Shown in pieces: positions 40,469 through 56,584 of a stretch of DNA of 64,000 bases; positions within the stretch are counted from its first letter, which is position 1, and every line of letters starts with the position of its first letter. A program made the translations under genes and the position numbers. The stretch is from Eledone cirrhosa (lineage: Eukaryota): assembly GCA_964016885.1 (NCBI GenBank), contig OZ024750.1:3348001-3412000 (forward strand), written 5' to 3'. The notes beneath the pieces were generated by a model. It did not search any database and had not been told where the DNA came from. It saw only the letters and a program-made list of their open reading frames with translations.

Positions 40469-40781
40469 TAGATGAACAAAAAAATGTGTCATTCATATAG
40501 AAAACTACTAAAGATAAAAGTTACCTGCTTTTATTGGTTACATGTTATAACAGAGCTATAAATTTCCTGGAGAAATATATAGCTCTACAAACATAGCATA
40601 CCTGTTGATATAGTGGAAGGTAAAACTGAAGATAATGGAACTAAAATTATCGTGATATCGGGGGAAAAAAAACGTGTTTGGCAAGTCCCTCATAAAATTG
40701 GTAGGTATAAAGTGTAATTTTGTAATGGTTCTTAAAGAACACTGAAGCTAAATCTCAGTGAGATGAGGAAGAGTGCTTCTA

Positions 40782-42850
<2,069 letters not shown>

Positions 42851-42958
42851 CACGCATATTTTCTTTTTTTTTCAATATATGGTATTAGTTCTACATTTAC
42901 AGTCGAGGACAGATTCTTATATAAAACAAAATCACACACAACTAACAATCTCTCTCTA

Positions 42959-43035
<77 letters not shown>

Positions 43036-43255
43036 CCAAAATCAGTTCTGTATGTGCAAGACATGGTCACCTGACCTAGCATTGCCCACAACAGGACAAC
43101 CAGTCTAACCTATGCTAGCATGGAAAAATCACCATAAAACGGTGATGGTGATGATATATATATATATAACCCGTCTAACCCATGCTAGCATGGAAGACCG
43201 GACGTAAAACGGTGATGATGATATAAATATAACAATAATATATATATATATATAT

Positions 43256-43452
43256 ATAGGAAAAGGTATGACCCCGACGGCAGAGCCCAAGCCATTTCGA
43301 CGGCTATTTCTGGACATTTCCAGAAATAGCCGTCGAAACGGCTTGAGCTCTGCCATCGGGGTCATACTTTTTCCTATTACCCACTCTACTACCCTAAGTA
43401 TTGAGTACTCTGGTGCGTTATGGTCCATCTGGTTCCTTACCACAACTCCTTC
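43256..43452 (+). mobile_element. Fold-back element with the 3' half of a hammerhead (family D)
   Basis: Inverted repeat 43256-43377 around a CATT loop (43315-43318); shared tail; lies between TA runs. Confidence 0.78.
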
Positions 43453-43470
43453 ATATATATATACATATAT

Positions 43471-43798
43471 GGAGGCACATGGCTTAGTGGTTAGAGCATT
43501 GGCCTTGCAATCGAAAGATTGTGAGTTCAATTCTCAGACCGGGTGATGTGTTGTTTCCTTGAGCAAGACACTTTATTTCACATTGCTCCAGTTTACTCAG
43601 CTGTAGAAATGAGATGATAGGGACTGAGGTCCCAGTCCCTATCATTCCACTGCAAAGTGGTCGTGGAGGTGCCAGCACTCACTGTAAATGAGGTTGGTGT
43701 TAGGAAGAGCATCCAGCTGTAGAAATCAAGCCAGCATCAGTTCCCATCCCACCCTTGCAAGCAGAGAAAAGTGGACGTAAAATGATGATGATGATGAT
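43471..43798 (+). mobile_element. CORE-like SINE with an RTE tail
   Basis: Homologous to 24058-24409. Confidence 0.85.
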
Positions 43799-44348
43799 AT
43801 ATATATATATATAAATATATATGACACAGTTCTAGTCTTGTAGAAGCCATTTCTATATTAAATTTATATATATATATATATACACACACACTCACAAATA
43901 CATATATATATATATATTGTACTTATAGTTTGAGTTGAACCATGCACAAACAGATTGCTCATTTTCAGAAGTTTTGCTGTAGCCAAAAATAATCCTTCAA
44001 CTGAAGCCTGAATTATTGGGAAGTCATGCAGATTTCGAAGGAGAACTTTTCAGTACTGTAAACTAGACAGTCACCAAAATGTCTTTCTTTTCAACAAGAC
44101 TATCCAACAAGATTAAAAATTTCTTTTTCTTTTTATCTCAACTGACTATTCCTAATATTTTCTTCTAGTTACTCATATAATTATAGCGGTCAAACAAACA
44201 TATTCGGGGCTCTTTTTGTTTTTCTTTGTTATTTTTTTTTGTCTCTTTGTAATTTCATAACTGATCAAATAACCTTGAATTTTTGTTGCACTGATTCCCA
44301 GAAGTTATTATTACCATTAACTATTTCGCAAACCATTATCTTTGCACC

Positions 44349-44380
<32 letters not shown>

Positions 44381-45322
44381 AGATATAACTAAATAACTAA
44401 GGTTAACATGTTAAGTGGCTTCGAAGACACACATACCAATCACTGAATTGCATGATTTCTTTCTGCTAGTTATCTTCTGCAATATTCTCATATTCTCATG
44501 AAATTCCCTTCTGCTCTGTCACTTTCAGCAGATTCTCACCTCCTCCCACCACCACCACTTGTCTTTCAGTTTTACTGTATTTATAAAGATATCATTATTA
44601 TTATTATTATTATCATCATAAAGGGCGGTGGATTGGCAGAATCAGTAGAGCGTCGGACACCATGCTGTGCGGCATAGAGTTACGGCCCTTTATGATCTGA
44701 GTTCAAATCCCACCGTGTTGGTGGTGGTGGTATTGGTGGTGGTAGTGGGGTGATGGTGATATGGTGATGATGATGACGATGGTAATCATGATGATGATGA
44801 TGGTGATGATGATAGTGATGATGATCATGATGGTGATGATGATGATGACCTACAACTAAATGCTTTCATCAGATATTGTTCTTTGTACAATTATCTTCCC
44901 CACCCCTCCCCCCACGAAAAAAAAACAAAACACAACAAAAGGTGATTTTCAGGTAATTAATTAGCATTGAAAGCAGCAATTAGTTCAGATAATATAATTT
45001 AACGCTTTTGATACCATCCCACCTGAAACTGCTCCTCACTCTAAGATGCAAATTTCCTTTTGTCAGACTGTTCATATTTAAATTATAACTGGCCTTCATA
45101 ATTTCATAGAAGTACTTTTATTAAATTAACTTAATGATGTAGAAGACTGTTATTTTATCAAATCTTCCCAAATTAATATATTTTGTATTATTTTCTTAAT
45201 TAACTGAAATACTTTGGCAGCTTATTTCGTTAGAAATATGGTCGTGAATGGGTAAAATAGTCAATTAGAAATTATAGGTTTGTTAGTTCATTTTTGCAAG
45301 CTAGCAAAGACAAAGATAGTTG

Positions 45323-45505
45323 TCAAGAATATAACACACAACCCAGTCTTGGAATCGAACCCATGACATTATGGTCACAAGTCCAACACCTTTACCACTA
45401 GACCACATACCTCCACATCTCAAGAATACAACACACAACCCAGTCCTGGAATCGAACATGTGACATTATGGTCACAAGTCCAACACCTTTACCACTAGAC
45501 CTCCA
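45323..45505 (-). repeat. Tandem duplication of a tRNA-like SINE head
   Basis: Minus strand GGTCTAGTGG...GTTCGATTCC occurs twice, about 97 bp apart. Confidence 0.7.
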
Positions 45506-45782
45506 CTATTTAACCTCTAGGACACTGAAAATCTTAGTGTAGAAATGTTAAGTTCAACACAGTAATGTACTTTGGTAGGGAAAGGATCAATATTCCTATT
45601 TTAGAATATCAATATTAGTAGCAAGTATGATGTACAAATCAAACTGTTTATATATATATATATATCATCACCGTTTTACGTCCGTTCTTCCATGCTAGCA
45701 TGGGTTAGACAAGTTGTCCTGTTGGCAGTGTCCAGTCGGCTGACCATGCCTTGCTCATACGGGAACTGATATATATATAGAG

Positions 45783-45815
<33 letters not shown>

Positions 45816-45862
45816 TAGAGAGATTGACAGATATAGATTTATATATGTATATATATATATAT

Positions 45863-45898
<36 letters not shown>

Positions 45899-45977
45899 TT
45901 TATATATTACTGCTTTCATACAGAATTATCAATATCAGTTTTTATCAAAGAACAAATGTCTTTGAGGTAATATACTG

Positions 45978-46059
<82 letters not shown>

Positions 46060-46346
46060 CAGCATCATCATCACCATGTAACCTCCATTCTCCATGCTTG
46101 CATCACATGTGTATATATATCCTGATTTGAAATATTGCCACAAGTCTTCCGATGTTTCAGGTGAAAAGAGGTGAATAGAAGTAAAATATTTACAACTCTG
46201 CACCTAGAAATTAAGACTATGTCAAGGACTTAGTTAGTTAAGGGCTCACTTCTATATTGTTCACCACTTGGCATGGTTTTAGAACATTATACGCAACATT
46301 AAATTGCATTATAGATATTGAATTTTAGTATGCATATATATATATA

Positions 46347-46451
46347 CAGGGTGTACCCACCCCAAAAATGTATACACACTTCAACAGCATTCTAATAAAT
46401 ATTGCCTGTAGAGGTAATCAAAGTGTGTATACATTTTTTGGGTACACCCTG
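46347..46451. mobile_element. Tc1/mariner-type MITE
   Basis: TA|CAGGGTGTACCCA...TGGGTACACCCTG|TA. Confidence 0.85.
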
Positions 46452-47518
46452 TATTTTGGCAAGAGAAAGGCACAGAATTTTTTATACTATTCACAAGTTT
46501 TCCCAAATATTATTATCTTTTTAACTCTTAATATCCTGAAAATATCTAAAAACAAGTTTGTTAATTCAAATGTTTATCATATCTTTACCAGTAGACAGAT
46601 TGTTGAGAAAATTTGCAGTCAACTAAAAGAAAGGAGTTTAATGGGATGCAGTTATAGTACTTACTGTTTTGTACTATCTAAAAAATGTCTTGCTAATGCA
46701 GTTTCGTGCAGTGCAGGATGTTAAGAACTAATATTAAATTTTATGAACAGCAATTCAATTTTTTTTTTCAACCAAATGTTATTTATTAATAAATTTAGAA
46801 TAGAATTGACAAATCACATAGTAATCTAGATTATTGTTAGCATTGATACAACAATGTTTTATGATTGATATAAACAAACAAAGAGAAAAGTATAGAATCT
46901 TCTAGAGGAAAGAATCCTGCAGCATCAGAATTCAGATACCCATCAAGGAAATCAAATAAAGTTTAAATAATCACGTTTGGTATACTCATACTTATTTCTC
47001 AATTTCTCTTCCAGCTAGGTAGATGTCACTTCCTGTTTCATGATACATTTATTTCATTTCTATATCAGATATTTTCTTGTTTATTTTTCACTTGATAGAA
47101 TTCTTCAGATGGATTTTTTTTTTTTTTTTTTTTTCTTTTTCCACAATTTAATGTTTACTTGTATTATTATGTTTATTTTTTGTTTTTATGTGTTTTTTTC
47201 CCTACATATCCACTTTTTATAGATTTAGTTGCATTTTTTTTTACCTTGGCATTGTAAAAGAAAAAGATATTTTAAAAAAACAATAGAACTAAAATGTAAA
47301 ATACAATATTTTATGATTACGGTTTTTGTGTAGGATTCTAAGAGATGTTTCTATAGAGGCTTGTAGAAGATTGTTGTGGTATGACTGATGAGGTGTGATA
47401 GAGGAGTCGACACTCCTCATTAGCAAGGAACACAGGTTCAAATTCTTCTCAGGAGCAACATTTGGAATGGAATTGGTAGAGTAGACAGAGTTGGTAGAGA
47501 AATGTTATTATTTGGTAT

Positions 47519-47733
47519 GGGCGGTGGATTGGCAGTATCGGTAGAGGGTCGGACGCCATGCTAGGGCGGTGGATTGGCAGTATCGGTAGAGGGTCGGACA
47601 CCATGCTCTGACGCATAGAGTTACAGCCCTTTATGGTCAACTTTACCTTTCATCCTTACGGGGTCGATAAAATAAAGTACCAGTAATACACTGGGATAAT
47701 TGCTGGCCTTGTGCCAAAAGTAGAAACAATTAT
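47519..47733 (+). mobile_element. SINE family M with a duplicated 44-bp head and an internal deletion
   Basis: GGGCGGTGGATTGGCAGTATCGGTAGAGGGTCGGAC occurs twice. Confidence 0.85.
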
Positions 47734-47843
47734 TTGGTATGGGCTACTACAATAGTCATTGAAGAAGTAACAGGTGATGTTATCCTCAAAGACTGGCATA
47801 GCAGCCTCATTATCAAATACTAGCACAGGTGGTTTTCCGCTAG

Positions 47844-48072
47844 CATGTGTAGTGTGTATATTGATATTATATGCAAGTATACATACATGTAGATATGATA
47901 CATGTGTAGTGTGTATATTGATATTATATGCAAGTATACATACATGTAGATATGATACATGTGTAGTGTGTATATTAATATTATATGCAAGTATACATAC
48001 ATGTAGATATGATACATGTGTAGTGTGTATATTAATATTATATGCAAGTATATATACATGTAGATATGATAC
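47844..48072. repeat. 57-bp minisatellite, 4 copies
   Basis: Unit CATGTGTAGTGTGTATATTGATATTATATGCAAGTATACATACATGTAGATATGATA. Confidence 0.96.
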
Positions 48073-49875
48073 GGCAAATGAAATCATAATCGACAATATA
48101 CACAGAAATTGAACGAAGACTGTGTTACACTGTCTTATGTAATCAGTAAAGTAATCCATGACACATTTTAAAAAGACGATATTATATATAAACTGTATTA
48201 GGAGAAAATTAGTGACAGAAATATATGAATGTTTATTTAAGCGATCGCTAACCGGAAGTGTTGACATTTGAAAATTTTAAAGAAGTGAATCTTAAAAAAT
48301 AAGCAACAAAATTATTTATATTTAATCAAGAATAACGAAATTTAGGAGATAAATTATGTAATATTCATTCATTATTTATTCAAAGTAATCCAACTTATTT
48401 TACAAACGGGATAACAAAACATATTCTGGACGCAGTCCCGCACTCCTTACTTTATTATAGCTTAGATTACAAGGCAAAGTAAATAATTATTTACTTTGCT
48501 TTGTAATAGATCAATTTTAATTGATCTATAAAGGAGCATCTTCTCTCATAATTGTAATTCCTTGAAAATATAGCATTTCAAAATTAATTATTTCTGCCAT
48601 AATTGTTCTTGAACAGAACACTTCATTTAACGTTGCTCCAGTATGCTCAGCTGAAAATAGGTACCAACAGTAGCTGGAGTTTTAACATTGTTCTATCCAG
48701 AGGGGAGAGAGTCTTGTACTCTCAGTCACTTAATGCCAAGGAAATCAACACAAGTTCTGGCTTGATGAGGCTCCAGGCTTGGAACAGACTCTCGACTTCT
48801 GGTAATTTCTTCCTTGGCTCCAAATGAAAAATAACTCTAAGTGCACTACCTCACCAGATCATCCTAGATCCTAGTTCTGCTGGTTAGGAAGAGTTAAGAA
48901 AACAGTGGGCATTGCCCTTGTAGTTTAAAATTTGATCTGATAACTGAAAACAGCTGAACTATCATATGGGAATGTTAGAATTACTGGTTCCTACATTTTA
49001 CTTCAGTAAGAAATCCAATTCCGGTGAGGAACTGATAGATAGATTTCACTTCTATGTTCAGATTCCATAAATGCCATATTAGAGCCAAATTACTCCAAAG
49101 ATATCCTCATGAGTCATTAGCTTCTGATTAAAATCTTAAATTTAAAGTTAGCATCAACCAACAGGCTGCAACCATGAATTCATCAGTTTTCTTAGGTGGA
49201 ATAAATACATTTTTTTGTTATTCTTAAATAATTCCAAATTCCGTGTTTCTTTTAAATAGCCTGAATACATTTTCTTTCTAATATCTGGGAAAATATTCTT
49301 TGTTTCAAAATAATCGGAAGATGACAGGAAAGGAATTAAACACTTTTCCGTGTATTGCATGTAGATCAAAGTAGTAGTAGAAGCAGTAGTAGTAGTAGTA
49401 GTGGTGGTAGGAGTGATAATAGTAGTAGTAGTATCAGTGGTGGTGGTAATAGCAGCAGTAGTAATAGTAGTAGTTGTAGTGATAGTAACACATGATGAAG
49501 GAGATGAGAGTTAGATAATGTCTGATATAGCCTACAGCAACTCTTATCCATTTCAGTTAGAATAGAAGAAACTGAATGGTGAGGGGTAGAAAGCTGATTC
49601 TCCTTGTACAGGATAATACCAGTTATCAGCTACTCACAGAACTAAATAAAATGGAATTCAAATTTCAAATATTTAAACTAGAAATAAATTCCCCCAGCGG
49701 AAATCTTCCTGTCATCTCTTTGAAGAAAAGCCACAACTTTAGTCAACTAAATAGGAACTATAATGAATTGGTTTCAGTGGAAAATAAAACTTGCTAAACC
49801 TTTTAGCATTCTATTGAAGTTTATTGCATATGTTCTCTGTTGGCAAATATTGTTTTTATTATCCAAGACAGCTAG

Positions 49876-50415
49876 AGGGAAGTGGATTGGCAGTGTTGGT
49901 AAAGCATCGGATATGCTTCACAGCATAGAGTTATGGACTTTTATGTTTTGAGTTCAAATCCTGCCGAGGTTAGCTTTACCTTTCATCCTTCTTTACAGGA
50001 TTGATAAAATAAAGTACCAGTAACGCACTAGGGTCGATTTAATCGACTTTCCCCTCCCCACATATTACTGGCTTTGTGCCTAAATCATGAACTATTATCT
50101 AGATGGCTAGAGAGCGATGGCAATATTGGCTGTATCAGACAAAATGCTTTGTGGTATTTAGTTACAGCCCTTTACATTCAGATTTCGAATCCCTCCAAGG
50201 TTAGCTTTGACTTTCATCCTTACGAGGTCGATAAAATAAAGCACCAGTAATGCACTGGGGTCAATTTAATCGACTTTCTCCTCCTCCCCCAAAATTGATG
50301 GCCTTGTGCCTAAATCAAAAACCATTAGGGCAGTGGATTGGTTGAGTCTTTAGAGCATAGGACATATTTTGTGGCATATTGTTACATCCCTTTACGTTCA
50401 GATTTCAAATCCCAC
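49876..50415 (+). mobile_element. Three tandem, older SINE family M copies
   Basis: Diverged heads, cores and tails. Confidence 0.8.
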
Positions 50416-51023
50416 CAAAAATAATTAAGTAAGGGTTGATGTCGGAAAGGCATATGGCCATAGGAAAACTGCCTCAAAAAGTCTCATTCAACCCATGCCA
50501 GTCTAGAAAAGTGAAAGATGATGATGATGATGATGGTGCTGGTAAACCAATACTTTATGTGTTCTCATGAAAATCTTTATCTTTTCTTTATGGGAAAATA
50601 CAAAGCCTGTTACTCATTGAAAGACAATTAATTAGAAACATTGGAGGTCAGGAAATCGTGGGAGAAGTGACTTCCACCAAATAGAAAATTGTATTTTAAT
50701 ATTCATTTTTTTCTTCTTATTTTAATATTCCAACATTTTGAGCAAATTTTATGTAAGCTAGCGTTGCTGTCTTCTCATAAAGTAATAGGAATAAGATACT
50801 TTAGTAAGATAGTTATAAATCAATAGAAACAATTCTTTTTTTTAATTACATACAGCCAATGTTAAACTTCATAGGTATAAATTTATTTTCATTTATTTTA
50901 ACAAATGTCATTTGTTAGAATAAATGAGAAAAAGATGAAATGAAATAAAATTCTTAAGACATTAAAAAGACTATCTGTGAATCTCTTCAATAAAACTGCT
51001 TCTGTTGGCTTCATTATTAACAT

Positions 51024-51635
51024 AGGGCAGTGGATTGGCAGTATCGGTAGAGGGTCGGACGCCATGCTTTGCAGCAAAGAGTTACGGCCCTTTATGGTCT
51101 GAGTTCAAATCTCGCCGAGGTTAACTTTCATGCAAACTGGCAACGGTTGGCAACAACGGTTGGCAACAACAGTTGGCAACAAGCTTGGAATATTGGCAGG
51201 AAAGTGTCACTTGCTGTGTAGTTAGTTACTATGGTGATATCTGTATTTCTCTCTCATGGGAAAATAGTTTCAGTTTACAAACATTTCAGGTGACAAATGA
51301 CCTTCAAGAATGAGTTAAGTTTGTGAACCGAGGTTTCACTGTATATGCTAGTAGTTGTTTCTACTTTTGACACAAGACCAGCAATTATCCCAGTGTATTA
51401 CTGGTACTTTATTTTATCAACCCCGTACTGGGGTCTATTCTTTCTCTCTCAGGAAAAAATCTGTTGTATTTAGACCTGGAGAGGAGATAGGCTCTGCCAG
51501 TTTAAATAATTGTTTCTACTTTTGGCACAACTGGTTCTTTATTTTATCAACCCTGTAAGGATGAAAGGCAAAGCTAACTTTAGCAGGATTTGAACTCAGA
51601 ACATAAAAGGACATAACTATAAGCCGTAAAGCATG
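51024..51635. mobile_element. SINE family M fragments (+ head 51024-51129; - pieces 51355-51635)
   Basis: Homology to the consensus. Confidence 0.75.
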
Positions 51636-52184
51636 TGCTGTGCATAATAATACAAATATGAAATGAAATAAACTTTAAGATTTTACATTTCAGCTTATTC
51701 AGCAAAGAATATGATTGATATAGAAACAAATAGAAAGCTGCATTAGTATTTTGTTAAAGTTTTCTAACAAGACTTTAGTTATTGAAGATTCATGTATCAC
51801 TGTTATCTTTGTCTCAACTAATATTTATTACATATTCTAATACATCATCATTATCATTACTGTTTTACATCTAATTTCCATGCTTGCATGAGGTGGGTGG
51901 GTTATTATTCTCTTAGGCTAGATTTGTAGTTCAGACGACTTACTCATATCTTCTAACTTGGAATAATCTCTACAGGTGGATGCTCTTCCTAACGCCAACC
52001 ATTTCACATCATTAACCAGGTTTGTTTTCTCATGGCACCACTACTGCCACCTGACAGAGTGAACTGGATGCCTTTTTTTGTGGTACCAACACAACCACTT
52101 TATAGGGTAAATGGGACATTATTCCACATTTCAATGGACGTATCCTCATGCTTTTACAAAGCCTGTGGTGTGGACCTAGTGTGT

Positions 52185-52514
52185 TCTACTACTTCTTCTT
52201 TGCCCACTTATTCCTGAGAGGAGCACAGGGGCAGAGTCCTCAAACACTCCTGGTGATGCAGTAAGTAAAAGGCTCTGGGTTAAATCCCTGATATCTCCAC
52301 GCCCACTTATTCCTGAGAGGGTCGAGAGGGCAGGGTCTTCAAACACTCCTTCCAGCGGGGTCCTGTCAGAAATAAACCGTCTCCAACTGATCTGGCTGGA
52401 TCCCCAAGCAAGGCCAGCCAAGCTCATGGATATTATCCAACCATCTTGCTCAGGGTCTACCCCTGGGTCTCCTGCCGGTTGGTTTTGCCCATAAAATCTG
52501 TCCAGCAATTCTTT
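52185..52514 (-). mobile_element. Second copy of the Expander/Rex3-derived non-autonomous element
   Basis: Reverse-complement homolog of 7387-7700, with the same 5' boundary and the same TGA stop. Confidence 0.75.
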
Positions 52515-53557
52515 GGGTGTGTACTTGAACATTTATATACCAAAGACCATCTCACTTAGCAACTGTGACAAGCATCGTTTCAGTTGTGTTATTTATTCAG
52601 GGATTTTTTTAAAAAACAATTGATCTTCCATCTGCTTTTGAATAAACTGTCATTCTAGCTGGAAGAAAAGGAAATTGTAGAGGGCATTGTGACATTGTTT
52701 TGTGGAAACCTGATCATGGTTGGCAGTGCAATTATATTCCATTCCATGTTGTTCTTTTCTTTCCAAGAGGAAAGAAAGTTTGGGATATAATGCACATGGG
52801 TGTGAATAATAACAATAAATAAAGAAAGAAAAGAAAAGAAAAAAGAAAAAAAAGATAAAATCCAGCTGGACTTATTTATATGGGATGATGCATCAACTAA
52901 CAACTGGTTCTGGAAATATTTCAAGTGGGAGGAATAATATCACATGAGTATGTTTTTTTTTTTTGGGGGGGGGGGGGGGTCAGTGGAAACTAAGAGGTGA
53001 ATGTTATCAAGGTTTGATTGACCAAAGGCATAACTTAAACGGTCATACCGATAACTGATAACTACAGTGGGCTCCCAATTTCTTTCATTAGGAAACTATG
53101 TTCTGTAAAATAATCAATGCTTTTGTTGATCCTATAAACGAAGAAAATATCAATATTCTTGGAGGAAAAGGCTTGGAGAAATTCCTTGATTCGTGTAATG
53201 ATGGAAAAAAATCTGTACAAATACTCAATTCATTTCTTAAGCAGTTATAACTTGGGGGCAATACATCCCCATGTTTTGACCTTGAAAAGGAGGATATAAT
53301 GTCATGCTATTATGGAATTTAGATAAGGCTAATGGGATTTGCAAATGGAATAGAAATTTCCAATAACCCATTTACATAAACACAATATTAAAGGTGACAT
53401 GATTACATAAAGTGAATATGTCATTGTGTCAAGATTTAAACTGATACCTTCAGATCCAACTCTTTCACCCACCCACCTCTATATTCTTCCAGTTTCTAAT
53501 TTGAATGGATTTTACAATAACTGCCAATAATTCTTGATATTAATCCTTTGAAAAGTA

Positions 53558-54232
53558 GGGTGCTGGATCAGCAGAATTGGTAGAACTTTGAACAAGATAC
53601 TTTGCCACACTTAGTTATGACTTTCATTCTGAGTTCAAATCCTGCCAAGGCCAACTTTGCCTATCAACCTTCCGGGGTTGGTAAAACAAAGTACCAGTGA
53701 AGTACTGGGGTTGATATGATTGGCTTTTCCCTCTGCCAAATTGCTAAGTTTATGCCAATGTTAGAAAGTGCATTAATCATTGTACAAGATGGTGGATGGG
53801 CAGAATTGGTAGAGCGTCAGATAAAATACCATTGTGGTATTTGTTCTGTTTCTTTACATTTTGAGTTCAAATCCTGCCATGGTCAACTTTGCTTTTCCCT
53901 CTTCTGGGGGGGGGGTCAATAAAATAAAGTACCAGTCAAGTACTGGGTTGGTTTAACCCTTTAGCATTTAAACCGGCCATATCCGGCCAGAAATCTCTCA
54001 CTTTTTTCTGTTCAAACTGGACATAACTGGCCATTCATACTGATGTTAAGGTATTGTTCTCAAAATAAGTAATATCAAAATCTCATAGATTCGATATTAT
54101 GTGAGATAATTATGTGAGATAACGTGTTTACCACGAAAATACAATAGTTAATATAGAGTAATGTAAATGGTAAAGGGTTAATTTTTCTCTTCCTCCAAAA
54201 TTTGCTGGCCTTGTGACTAAATTAGAAACCAA
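53558..54232 (+). mobile_element. Two diverged SINE family M copies, the second split by a MITE
   Basis: Core at 53620-53715 and 53860-53950; the tail resumes at 54182. Confidence 0.75.
53957..54177 (+). mobile_element. piggyBac-type MITE
   Basis: TTAA|CCCTTTAGCATTTA...TAAATGGTAAAGGG|TTAA. Confidence 0.9.
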
Positions 54233-55020
54233 TATTAATCAGTGGTTAAAATAGATCTGTCCTTCCTGATCTATTTACACGTGAACTATGTTGCTCTGTC
54301 AAGAACTATACAGAGTGCTGCAGCTATGACAATGTTGATAACAGTTATCAATATAGGGGATCAGCCTATATTTTGATCAGCTTATACTCGAGTATATACG
54401 ATATATTGACCAGGTAGCAGAGAATCAACATCAAAAGCCAACAGGTTGATATATCACCAAAATTTATACAAATGTTGTATGATAAAACCATATCTGCATG
54501 GATAGTTTACAATTACGCGATTATTTAAAAACACATAGATACCATTGAAATACACATAACAGCTATTGCATCATAAATATGTGGTGAAGTGTTATGCAGG
54601 CATAACTATAGTTCATAATTTTTGGTGTGTAAATTTAAACAAATGTGAAAAGCATTCTGTTATTCTTTTCATACTTAGCTTCTGAAAAACAGCTGATGAG
54701 ATGTGAAACAGGTTAAGGTAGACTCTTATGTTTTTCTGTATATGAAGAAAATGATAGAATGTTTTTCACACAAGACTTATAAACTGTAATTCTACCTATA
54801 TTACATTTATCTTAGATTTTTAAAATATACATTTTGCTGTGCATAAATATTTGCTATAAATTAATTATCTGGCAACAAATATCAACATTTCTTACTTAAC
54901 TGGTTGTTGTGTTTTCAATAATTAAATAAGTCTACAATAATAATTCGTTTAGCTTAGTAAACTGTAGTCATACCAACATTACATTTATCCTACAACATTC
55001 TATGTTATAAATATATATAA

Positions 55021-55515
55021 CTAGTTGAGGTACCCAGCTTTGCCAGGGTTAACAAATGATAAAAGAAGACCAGCAGAAGAGAAAACGTCTGTATTGAATG
55101 TATTGTCTTGTTTATAGTGTGTGTAGGTTTGTGTGTGTGTGTATGTAGGTTTGTGTGTGTTTGTGTATATATATATATATATATGTGTGTGAGTGTTCCT
55201 GTGTGTATGTGTGTGTGTGTGTGTGTGTGTAATCCACCGTTGGAATCGGAGACATAGGCTGCGAAACACGATCATCACTGACAACGAACTCAAGAGAGAA
55301 TCCCTTATGGTTGATTCCCAGCCTAGAAATAGCAGTCAGGTTGGTTAGCATATGTGGTATGTCTTTCTTCTTCTTTGGTGTTATAAAATTAGTATCAATA
55401 AACTTTCCTGGATATACTCTTAACCCAATCTTGTACATACTTTCCGATTGTCACTTCATTTTTTTCGTGTGATACGCGAAGGAACCAACCAACAAACATC
55501 TCTCTTTTATATATT
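55021..55515 (-). mobile_element. Non-autonomous Helitron-like element
   Basis: Minus strand ends in an imperfect hairpin CCCTGGCAAAGCTGGG followed by CTAG|T; the other end reads ATATATAAAAGAGAGATGTTTGTTGG; internal TG microsatellite. Confidence 0.6.
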
Positions 55516-55913
55516 TATTTGTTTATTCAAAATATTTTTCAGCTAATTCTGTCGTACAATATACATCAGCAATCGTTATCTAATGTTTAAAACATATGAA
55601 TAGCTGTGATATATGCACCATATCAATCAAAAACGATATGAGAATCGAATACCATACTAAAGCACCAGTAAGCTTGCTAAGAACCTGCAGATAGAAATGT
55701 TAATAAATACAACATTTGGGTTGGGTAAACTTTAAGATGTTCTTTCATTGTAGGTTTCTTTTCTCAGCCAGTACGTTAAAGAAAATTGATAGTTACAACA
55801 ATAAAGGTTGAACAGAGAACAAATTTTTTAATAAACTTTACAATAATTTGTACAACCATAATGGAAATTCCAAGTAAAAGAAAATACATAAATTGCATTG
55901 TTAGAGCCTCAGA

Positions 55914-55968
<55 letters not shown>

Positions 55969-55970
55969 TA

Positions 55971-56048
55971 ACAGATTAAAGTTTAAGCAAAGAATCGCTC
56001 CTTTCACCCTTAACGGGATCTTCTGAAACTAAAAAAAAATCAATCTGT
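55971..56048 (-). ncRNA. Type I hammerhead-like motif with a non-canonical CAGAAGA core (family C)
   Basis: Minus strand ACAGATTGA-T-rich bulge-AGTTT-CAGAAGA-TCCC-GTTAA-GGGT-GAA-AG(G)AG-CGATTCT-TTGCT-T-AAACT-TTAATCTGT; three helices can form. Confidence 0.6.
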
Positions 56049-56584
56049 GAACACAGAAGTAAATATTTCGAAAAACGTTGCAACCGAAACAAGTAAGATG
56101 ATACGTTGGTTCGTGAAGATGTTAGGAATGTTGTGTAACCGGAAGTGTTGACATTTGAAAATTTTAAAGAAGTGAATATTTAAATAATAATGTCTTTAAT
56201 CTTTTAACAAAATTCAATAGACAAAAATACCCTCACTTTCTTACTTGGAAAAAGTTACACCTATCGTGCAAATGTGGTGCCGTTTGTTCCAGCCACTTGG
56301 CGGAAAGTTTGTTACTTACATACAGCAGTCAGCTTTATAGTATAGATAAGGTAATTATTCATTTCACACAATGTAAAAGAACAAATATCACAATACTTTA
56401 CTGATTGCTGTGTTTGCAATAATTAAGCAATTCTATAATAATAAATAACTTAACAATAGTATGTAATTAATTTAGTTGAATAAATTTGAAGATATGAGTA
56501 ACAAAGAACAGTTAATAATCCAGCAGCAGGATGAAGTTGCTCAGACGTCTCTTATCAATGTATATTGTCGTTCAACAACTTTAA

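Noticed and set aside
47386-47424. CTGATGAGG...CCTCATTAG hairpin
   Set aside because: CTGATGA is itself paired and no GAAA follows; not a hammerhead
54693-54716. CTGATGA-GATGT-GAAA-CAGGTT
   Set aside because: Only 5 nt for stem II and no stem I complementarity; likely chance
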